DNA of 46,599 nucleotides from Perkinsus olseni (Eukaryota): NCBI GenBank assembly GCA_013115125.1, contig JABANN010000258.1, positions 1 to 46,599 of the forward strand, read 5' to 3'. Shown piece by piece: positions 25,661 to 35,362 of this stretch (position 1 is its first letter; each line of letters starts with the position of its first letter). The notes under the pieces were generated by a model. It saw only the letters and a program-made list of their open reading frames with translations, ran no database searches and was not told where the DNA came from. The position numbers and the translations under genes were made by a program.

Positions 25661-25758
25661 CGCCATTCAATATGCGCTTTCAGAGATTCCCTGACAGAGC
25701 GACTTTGTTCTCTGACGCCCAATACCGTTGCACGTAGTTCTTCTTAGCCTCGCAAGCG

Positions 25759-28700
25759 ATGAGGAATCTTCAGGTCGGCCGTGTGACCTTTCGCAGTGAA
25801 AGATCCGCTCAGGTCATCCACTTTTCCCTTCGGTAGTTGTTGTGGTTGTCCATGCCAGGAGTTGTTGAGGGTGATGATTCTGCTGAGGATGACCATGAAA
25901 AGCAACTAGAAGAACTAGTGTCGAGCTTACGAAAGCAGCTCACCGACCTGCAGTTGGAGAATGCTCAACTACGATCAGCTATCCGCAGCCAGTCGGTCGT
26001 GACTCGAGACTCGACCTCGACCAGTACGGCCACGAGTGCCTCTACTCCGGCCAGGCCTCTGAGCATCAGTATTCGTCTACGGGTGCACTTCGTTTATGCA
26101 TCTCCTATGGTCTTGACCGATAGCCTCGGTACGACTGTTGTGAAAACCCTACATCAGCTGGGGATAGTACCGGAGTACCTTCAACTTGAGGAGGCCTTCA
26201 GGCTGTCGTCTGATGTGCCGATGGACAGTAGGGCTGGTGGAGGTAGTAGTGGTATTGGCAGGGGAGACGGGTGGGATACTGAGAGTAGGTACGATACCGT
26301 GGATAAGGAGGATATACGGCCAGTGTGCATTAACGGCTGGCACGCCTAGCGGACTTTTGCAGCTGAGGCAGATTCTGTACGAAGAGAAGGCGAGGTAGTA
26401 TCTTGGGTTGGACCGTGGAAGATACAACTGAGGTCAACTTGAGGCCATATTCGCATTCTCGGATCCGCAGGCTACTGACCCCGAATAACCCGCGGCATCA
26501 CATACCGATAGTACATCTGTCCATGCACGCTGTCGAGATGGTTGTAGCAGGGAAGAAAGCTACTCGATGCATTTTGGAGGTACTGCCGCTATTCAGTCCT
26601 CCTTCGTCGTCCAGTCTTCCATCTCAGGATGATATCGGAAAGGCACATTTGGTAGAAGCTGATGAGCTCGGCAAGCTACTCGGTCTTGACAGCAACAACA
26701 TGCTTGTCTTCATTAACGCCTGCAGGTCGGGGAACTGAACCGCGTACAAGTCGACGGCGGAATTGGAGTGGTTCTCAGGTCGCAGTCTGTTGGTGAAGTT
26801 TTCGTTTCACATTTTGGCGTTAAACATGTCGTATGCATTGGCCACGAGGAGGCAATATTGGATGCAGCGGCCACCTTGTTTACTCAAGTAGTATGGCGCG
26901 AGGTCTGGTTCACGCGAGGTCCGTGGTTCGAAACCATGTTTTACTCGTTCTCTTTCCGAGATTTCCATTGCTCCAGTAATCTGTCGATTGCATCCATCTG
27001 GTTAATCTTATTCGCTCAGGAGTTCTACGCTGCCCTTCTCTGCCCCACAGTCACCATTCGACACGCCTTCGACCGTGCTAGGCATGCTGTCAAGGTGAGT
27101 GGTATCCGCTTCTACGAGACGTCATCCGGTCTTCCTCAGTCCTCGGCCAACCCTAAAATAGCCTCCCAGTACACGCTGTTTCACCTCTTGCCTGAAGATG
27201 GTGATCATGACGTGCCAGTATGGGCCACCTTTTCTCCGCACGGCAGCGCACCTTCGACCACGGATGCAGCTATGCGATACTATCCTCCTAGTATGCTCAC
27301 CTCGGATGCCGAGCCGAATAGGGGGAATCAGGGTAAGATTCGCTGGGTTAGGTCGTTTGTGACTAGGTCCGACCTCAGGATACTCTTTCGACCGTAACCT
27401 GCGACCTGTGGCTGTCCGATGCATTCCTGCGGAGGCGGCTGACTCTGATGATGACGATGGTGGTGAAGCTTCTCCCAAGCAACCACAGTTTCAACCCACG
27501 GAGAGGCCGTCAGTACCGCTGGGGTCCAGCAACCTAGGCATTGAGGGGTCTCCGCTTGAATCAGCAGCTCCAGTGGAGGACTTCTTGGGTAGTCAGGGGA
27601 CGGGGTCTTTAACTAAGCGCTTGATAGAAAGAGTGCGTTAGTATGTGATGTTGTGTAAAAATGAAAGGAGGATTCGGGCTGGGTCCGGTTCACGTCCCCT
27701 CGCTGTTGTCATCTAGTTGTGGGTGGTCATGCTTCCCTCAGGTCGCGATATTGATATCGTCCGGCTGTGCTCGATACTTCACACGCCGCGAAATAGGAGG
27801 GTGGTCGCTGTGACTGGTCCTGTTGGCTCTGGTAAGAGGACTTTGGTCACTCAGACAGCGATGTATTACTCGCTGCCTGGCGGAAGGTAAGATCCCTACA
27901 TACCGGCTTCCGACGGGTTAGAAGGAGCTATTTTTAACACTTTCTGAGAGGTCCCTGGGCTGCAGCGATCCTCCATCTCCTGAGATCAGCTTGGCAGGTT
28001 TTTCTCGGGTGGGGCATGTGTAGTCCTGCTGCCGAGACTCTGGGTGATGGGTTCGCCGCCCAGCCGAGTATCGAAGAGTAACCGAGGGGCCACTACGGTA
28101 GTGCTGTGGTGGGAGGGTCGTTAGTGATGTGTCTTCGTCTGTAGTCCCCCAAGCTGTACGTGCAAGGCGATGGCGCTGGCGGTGAGAATGATTCCCTCAC
28201 CGCTCCTGAGGTTGCCGAACGCTTCATAAGAGTTGTGATGAAGGAAATTCGAACGACGGTAGTACTGGTCGCGCTCCTTATGCCATAACGACTAGAGTAT
28301 GAACTTGGAAACCTTATTAAAGGCACCTTTCCGGAGGCCGCATGGGAAGTATCAGTTGAGGGGGAGACGTAGTGGCGAGATCAACTCAGGCGCTCTGCTT
28401 GAGTGTCGAGAAGAAACCGGCTCGAACTTGTCGATTGAACACTACTCTGGTCAGCAAGCGCGTGAACCAGCCGATCCTACCGATCGATAGCCCCTGGAAA
28501 CTTCAATTCGTTGCTCCTGAGAGGACGTGGAGAGCTTGGAGTGACGAACTTGTTGGTCAAGGTTCGGTTACTGAAGGAGTGGTACCCACCGCAGACTCGC
28601 AGTACTATGTCTGAAGACTACGAAGAAGATGAGGAGGAGCTGTATGACGAGGAAGTGGCTCCGACCAGTCATGGCGGTCCCCTTACGGGGAGGCGATCAC

Positions 28701-30206
28701 CCGTTGGTCGAGGGGGGAGTGTCAGTGATAACGGCAGCACGGTATCAACAACCTCCTCTGCGTCACTCTCTCGTCACACCAGTGGCACACCAATAGCCCC
28801 CGGTCCTCTTCCTCCACTGGCGCCCACCAAACGAAGTAAGCACTTCTATGACCACCGCGATTGAATTCTCCCAGGGGTTATTTGTGTGAGTATTTCGATT
28901 TGCTGATAAGTTGGTATCAGATATGACTACCTCTCGGATCAGTACGGAGCTTGAGGATAAGGAGGTCTCTTCTCGACGACTTCACACGGTGCATTCAGCC
29001 AGCTCGTTGGCGCAGCCCGAACGTGCTACGTCTTCTGTCAACCGATCCATATCGTCGGCCCATTATGCCGAGAAGGAGAGCATAGAAGAGTTGGAGATGG
29101 AGCTCTTCGGTGCCACAAGCAGTAATAGTAGGTCTCGGGTTCAATTCCTGGCAAGAGCGTAGCTTCCTCAGGCGGGATGGCGGCGGGTGGAGGTCTTGGT
29201 ACTCGGGGATGTAAGGTTTTCCTGGCGGAGCAGTTCGCGGATACCTCTGCTCTAGAGCAGTTCCTAAAAGGATATAACGTACTGTCCGCCTCCTGAGGCT
29301 CTCACCGACTCTTCGACGTCGGGCTTTGCATGGTTTTATAGGGTGACACGAGAATGTGGATCCGGGTTTTTCGTAGGTCCCGCCGATACCAGTGAATAGA
29401 TTACTGAAGGAGCTGCGAGAAAATGGAACGCAACTGCAAGACTGGGGTAAAGGGCGCCTGCCGACACTTGGCAGGGACGGTGGGGGTGTGGCAGGTACTG
29501 GACGATTGGTACGGGTAGTGCATGTGGTCCGATGTATGATATCCGATGCTGATGAGAAAGAGCAAGAGGAGCAAGATACAGATGGGGAGCATAAGAAGGC
29601 GTAGGACTGCTCAGTTTGGGAGGGTTCCCAGTCTGGTCCGCTCAGCCGGTGTCTGGTCGAGAGGAGGATTTCGGACGGCAAGTTGAAGTTGTTGTCGAAG
29701 AAGTTCGATCCCGTGACCGAGAATGTGTTGGAAGTGTGCTCAGAGGCTGTGGAGAAGGAAATTGCCCATTCGGTATCCGACGTGAGCGTTAGGAAGGTGA
29801 ACATCATGCAGCGGAGCGAAGCGATTTTTCATTCACACTTTTTGTAGGTGGTAATGAGGAATCGTAAGCCTTTGGTGGAGCTGGAAAGAAGTAGTCCGAC
29901 CTACAAGGGTTTGGCGACTAAGTATGTTCTGTACACTACGGAAGTAGGCTCATCGTAGTAGTTCTGTGGGAAGAATTGAGGAGTAGATGGTATCAGGTTC
30001 TTCTGGATGGTTTGCCCTTGAATGTTGAAGAGTTTGAGACGACCGAAGCTCAGCTATGCGGAAGCCCCAGTAGTGCCTGGCAGTCAGAAGCACCCGAGAT
30101 AGGGCAGAAGATGTGTCCGACTCTGAGAACCCATCATTGGGAGTGGCTCGAGAGGGACTGTGCGGAGGACCTGTTCCTGAGGGAAGGTCATGGGGAGGGT
30201 AGTTAA
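25759..30206 (+). CDS. Large multi-exon protein: CHAT (caspase-fold) domain + STAND-like P-loop region + C-terminal Nudix-like domain
   Basis: IVHLSMHA and LVFINACRS (CHAT His/Cys motifs), ILDAAATLFTQ/EFYAALL, FLG/RDIDIVRL...VVAVTGPVGSGKRTL, and C-terminal DWGKG...LVRVVHVV...LLSKK...SPTYKGLATKY...HHWEW. Confidence 0.7.
26911..26938 (+). pseudogene. tRNA variable-loop/T-arm fragment inside intron 26888-27019
   Basis: AGGTC-CGTGG-TTCGAAA-CCATG, a fully pairing T-stem; preceded by a degenerate tandem copy CGCGAGGTCTGGTTC. Confidence 0.6.
29130..29159 (+). pseudogene. tRNA 3' fragment making up most of intron 29122(or 29128)-29171
   Basis: AGGTC-TCGGG-TTCAATT-CCTGG-CAAGAGC-G between the GT donor and the TCCTCAG acceptor. 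Confidence 0.7.
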
Positions 30207-30351
30207 CGAGGCGGCAGGACTGTGCGTGGTGACGTGGGTGTTGTCAGCCGCAGCCGCTGGAGACCAGCAGGGCGGCTCCTCAGTGCCTCAGCAGTCACTC
30301 GAGTTGGAGCTGGCCTCGGGGGTGGCGAGGCAAGTGGAGGGAGAACCTATG

Positions 30352-32156
30352 CGAGGGGCCATATCAAAGTTGGAGGCTGCCACTAAGAAATTGCAGGTAT
30401 GCGATGAGGATGAATTCTCGGATGCACCGGAGCGAAGCCCTTCTAGTTCCAGCTTGCTGAGAACTCCTCAGTGTGACTCCTTCAACTAGAACCGCGGCTG
30501 CTGTCGAGGTCGGAATGCGATGGTTATGAGCAGCATTAGTAGGGTTAGCATAGATAGAATTTCTTGCACTATCGAGTCGGTTAGATTTTGACAGCTCATG
30601 GGGAAGGTTGGTCAGTATTTTCACTGAGTATCGCGTTAAGAATCCTTGCAGTAGGGTAAATATCATATAGGTAGCTCTTCGTATGGGGTGTCTATGGGCC
30701 CCTTGAATCGCGTGGCAATGGGCTCATTCCCCTGGCTGCACTTGTTGATCGCCTCTAGTGACCTGAATACGGAGCTTTTTCTTTCAGCGAATCCGCCACG
30801 AGTGGGCCAGAGCAGTGCGGGAGTGGGCGAATGTCACGGATACGATGAATAGGTTAGAGGGGAGGGACTCAAGTGGCGCAGAGGTTCACATGCTGGTGTT
30901 ATGATTTTGTCAGTGCCCGTTCTCCCTCATCGTCTGTATTGGTACTCCTTCGAGCTGAGAATTACATGCCGATACCCGAGATCAGACAGTTGCTCGGGCA
31001 AGCTCTGAGCAAGCATAAGAATCTTAAGGTAGGTTGGAGCTCATCGAACGAGGTCGAGAGAATCTGGCACGTGCGGGTTCGATGCCGGCTCCTTGGCTTC
31101 ATTGTGATGGTATATCATATAGAGTTGGTGAGTGATGTCCTCAGATAATACTGACGATGGAAGATGGGGCCACGCCCGCTGAGGCAGCTGTGAGAGATCA
31201 GGCTCTGATGCAACCGATTCAGGTGGGGTTGAGGAAGAAGGGGGCTCGTGGTATTTGGTCCGTTGAAGAACGTGACCTGCCGTCGTAGTTGGTCATGACC
31301 TTCGATTGTCTCAGACGATTTCAGTAGCTTACAAAGTAGTGTGCTTCCAACTTCCCCCGTTGCAGCCATTGGACGCGGCAATGCTATTCGCTAGGAGAGT
31401 CCATAGGTGAGTGATTAGGGATTGTTCACGTTGAGGAACTCCAAGATGTATCAAGGTAGCAAGATTTCGCCCTGATTCAGGCCCTTGTATGAGTCTGATA
31501 TCCGTATCACAACCCAAGCCACGCTAGAGGAGTTTGATGCAGCCGGTGGAGAGAGAACGGGAAGCGATGCGGTAGTGCTCAGGGTGTCGGGTGAGGTCCG
31601 AAGTCGTAGCAGCCTCGTGTGAGATGCCCTCTTAGGAGTAGTGGGAGCGGGCCGCTCACTCGCCTCGGAGGGTCTCTGGGGAATCTGTGATTCGATGTTA
31701 CTTTGGTCTTCTTTTACTTCGTATTGTTCTATGCGATAGAATTCGGAGTACGGTATTGAGGTTAGTCCTCGTTTAAGTTTGATGTGAGCCCTACTTACTT
31801 CAGAGAGTCATTCGCCTGAATGACTCGGAGTCGGAGGGACTGAGCAACTTGGCAAGGCTTGCGAAGCATCCTGTACTAGTCAGGCTGAGGGGAAATCCTG
31901 GCAGAATAATAGAGGTACTTACTCGTCCACTTGACCATCATCATCTGCTCGGTCTGTGTCGACTGCATTCGGTCAGGCTGCGGCATTGGTAGGGCCGCAG
32001 ACTCCAACGTTATTGCATATCATGCCAGCCGTGAGGGAGCTGTTAGGGTTCGGCAAGGGAGCGCCGAATGGTGAGAGTAGTAGCCACATGAGGCGAAAGT
32101 CGGAAGGGACGCCTGGGACGAAGATGGTTGAGGAATTGCCTCAGCGCAAAACGTGA
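30352..32156 (+). CDS. Hypothetical multi-exon protein (structure uncertain)
   Basis: Short open exons with GT-AG boundaries (ENYMPIPEIRQLLGQALSKHKNLK, LARLAKHPVLVRL, ALVGPQTPTLLHIMPAVRELL). Confidence 0.35.
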
Positions 32157-34328
32157 GCCCGTCGCCGGATGGTGCCTTATGAATGCCATGGATTACGCGT
32201 TGAGGAAAAGCAAGGAAGCAAGATAAGGCAAGATAGTGATATTTGCTTACTACTGGTATAACTTTTAAGCGCGCTTTCTTTAACATTAACTTTGTTTCAC
32301 TGACGATTCTCTCGGTTTGAGCACAAGTCGCAATTAATCGGGAGGTGTCTCCGATATGAATCGGGGAGGGAATGGTATGAGTTGGATCATCGGTCTGCGA
32401 GCCTGTCGCCTCCTGTCGTCTGCTTTTCTCTATTTTTTCTCCTACCCTTGTTCATGGAAGGAGGCAGGCGACTCGATCAGTTTCGAGCGGATACGAAAGT
32501 GACAATGACGCCGGAAGGGCTGAGGGATGTCGGGGAGGTGCTAGGGGTCTGCCGTCGTCGGACAAGATATGAAACTGCGAAAATCATGCGGTGTTGGCCT
32601 GACTGGCCGGCGGTTCCGGAGTCGGATCTGAAATTCTGGAAGCCCATCACGCTTCAGTATGCGTATTACAAAATGCTTCATTGTGGACCAGTCAAGTATA
32701 GCTGAGGGTGTTTATTCTGATTGAATAATTGGATAAATGAACTCGCGTAGCGTGAATGTTTCCAGCATCACTGCTACACAGGGAGGAGCTGCTGCTGCTG
32801 CTGCCGCTGCTGGCCGATGGAGATCCGTTGATATGTTTCTTCCACTTAGTCTCGCGTCGGCATATGCTACGACTTCGCCCGGAACGAGTGGGTGGCTCGG
32901 TACGGGGTGACCATCGAGACCTTCCCTCTCATTCCAGGACAGCTCGATGCGAAGCTCCCGAAGTTCGAAGCGGTAGTATAGAGAGGAGAGGGTCTATCGT
33001 ATGTGGGAATCTCCTTGCTGCGGTTCTGACTTGATCACCCAAGGAGGTCTGTCGGGCTCTGGTACCTCCCAGTGTCCGCGGTAGTGAAATTGGACTGGTT
33101 CATATTGTTGTTACCTCAGGCTTTCGAAATGGCTGCTCAGTGGTTTAACAAGCAATGCGAAATTCACAGGAGACGTGCCTCGTTACTGGATGAACAGGCA
33201 GCGCAACCCGCCGAGAATGAGCGAGGTGGTGACGGAAAGTGCAGAAGGGATCAGCCCAGTGTCAGCAGAAACCCTCGTCGCAGTACATCGGGAAGCGCGA
33301 AAATTTTGGAACGGGTGGGCCTTTTGATTAGGCCTCTCTGGGCAAGCGGAGAAGCGGCCCAACAGCACTGCTGGGGACCACTCGAAGACCAAGAAGCCTA
33401 AGGCTGTGGCCCCTAAGGATTTGTCCCGGCCAGAGGAACGGCAGGAGAAGGAGAACTCTCGACCCGTTGAGGATATTATTATGGAGGTAGCAGAGGGTGG
33501 AGTGGGGGAGGTACACTCACGTCGCGGTTGCCAGAGCTATCCGTCCTAGTACACTCTTGGAGAAAATCTTACTACTTCGCCGCCTGGATTACCCGCTAGT
33601 TTGGGGATGTAGGGATCAGATCACTGTTGTCTGGTTGAGTGACTCAACTTGAATCCATATGATACAATCATATAGTATCACTAAGCATTGGTTTTGTATG
33701 GTATGGTATTATTACGAACGGACCATCGAAGACAGGTCTAGCGATACGCTTAGTGTTGGCACGGGCAACATGTTTTAGTCTATATTCACAAGCAATGATG
33801 ATCTTGTCGTTACATATTATGATTGATAACGGGCTCACATGTCGCTCTAGAGTTGTGGTATCGGGAGCGTGGCCATCTCTCAGGGGCCTCTGCTGTTTGA
33901 CAGCATCTCTAACGTACACGACTACCGAAATGATGGAGTTGACGAGGAGTATCAAGTGACTGGGAAAAGTCGAGGACACCTCCATAGGAAAATGTGGATC
34001 AAAATATCTCAATGCTCGGCGAAGAAGGACGAGGATACGCTCAGGTAGAACTGGGAGGGGGTCTCTCTACTGGACTTTAAAGAATAGTTGGTCGACTCGT
34101 CGCTGGCAATTACCCTTTTCGCTTCCGGGACGCGTGTCGTCGATAGAGAAGCTGAATTTGCGGGATGTGCTGCTTGAATTGGAATTAACTCTCGATGCTG
34201 GAAAAATGTGGTATCGTTGACTGAGGAACTCGAACTGGTGCAACATGGCGAATCCTTCCTGCGTGCTGGGTGCAACGCACCGAGGCGAGTATAATTTCCA
34301 ACACTCCCGCGATCCTGTGTAATGTGGT

Positions 34329-34936
34329 GTGGTGATTTTTGGCGAGGAAACTCTGGGGTACTCGTTGAGCTCGAGTAGAGAGTTTTGGGCGTTGTTTTCC
34401 CGAAAGGCCTTCTTACCGCACGGTGGGCGTGTGGGCTTGAGCTGGAGTCTCTTGCTTAGGGCGTTCCGGGACAAGCTTCTTGAGGATGATGCCGGGAGTG
34501 ATTCCGAATCTATATACGAGCTTGAGCGCATAGAAGGATACAAGAAGTGGGGCAAGAGTAAGCAAGAGGTCTCCGGTTCGATTCCTGGTGACGTCATCCT
34601 CAGAGGAGGAGTTCTTCGTCAAGTGGCGAGGGTATAGCTCAGCAGAGAACACTTGGGAGCCTTTGAAGAACCTTACCGGAGTCAGCATCGAGGAAATTGA
34701 GTAGGGCCTGGCTCCTGGTGTGAGTATCATGAATCATTGCCAGGGAGGCTCGGCAGAAGTACAGCGCGAAGAAGGCGGCCCCCAAGCGTGGGAGCAGGAA
34801 AAACGGGAAGGATGCGCAGTCTTCCGACACGCATTCACGTGAGCTGCTTCCGCCTTGGCCGACAGAGAGTGTTGTCTTTCATGATGAATTTCGAACTTCT
34901 CCGCTACACGAGACTCGGAACTCTTGGGCGGGGTGA
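34329..34936 (+). CDS. Chromodomain-containing protein (ends uncertain)
   Basis: Removing intron 34558-34603 gives IYELERIEGYKKWGKKEEFFVKWRGYSSAENTWEPLKNL, the canonical chromodomain pattern. Confidence 0.85.
34558..34596 (+). pseudogene. tRNA 3'-half fragment making up 39 of 46 nt of the chromodomain intron
   Basis: GTAA-GCAAG-AGGTC-TCCGG-TTCGATT-CCTGG-TGACGTC-A followed by TCCTCAG. Confidence 0.75.
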
Positions 34937-35301
34937 TTCTCTGGGACCCAGAGTCTGGGGGGAGTCGTAAACTGGGCACATTTTTTATCGTATATTATTG
35001 TTTTTGTGTTGTATTTTGTTCAGACGTTGAGAGCGAGCTGGATGCTCCTCACAGTCTGAGAGGCGCAGACGACTCCCCAGCCGCCTGGTGGGAGAATTTC
35101 GTGGCGCAGTGACGGACTAGGGTCCCTTCATTTCAGATGCATACATATTTTGAGGTTCCGGGTAACATTATGATGGAAGCGACTTTTAAATTCGCGGCGG
35201 TTCTTGTGGGCGATAGTGGCGCAATTGCAGCCTGACTAGTATGATACTGCTCTTCGGAGTGACAGTCAGTTTTGCTCGAGGAAGGTGTTGCATTAGCTAT
35301 C

Positions 35302-35338
35302 ATCCGGAAGGTCTCTGGTTCTATCCCGGGCAGTATTC
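35302..35338 (+). pseudogene. Degenerate tRNA 3'-half fragment ~25 nt upstream of an ATG
   Basis: ATCCGGA-AGGTC-TCTGG-TTCTATC-CCGGG-CAGTATT; T-stem pairs with G-U, T-loop has one substitution. Confidence 0.55.
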
Positions 35339-35362
35339 CGACATGTCCCCTTCTCTTCGGTT

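Noticed and set aside
34558-34660. Permuted tRNA (3' half followed by GGGTATAGCTCAGCAGAG as a 5' half)
   Set aside because: The A-box-like stretch encodes the conserved chromodomain WRGYSSAENTWE and cannot pair with the TGACGTC acceptor strand
34500-34700. Chromodomain as part of a chromovirus integrase
   Set aside because: No RT, integrase or LTR nearby, and the domain is interrupted by spliceosomal introns
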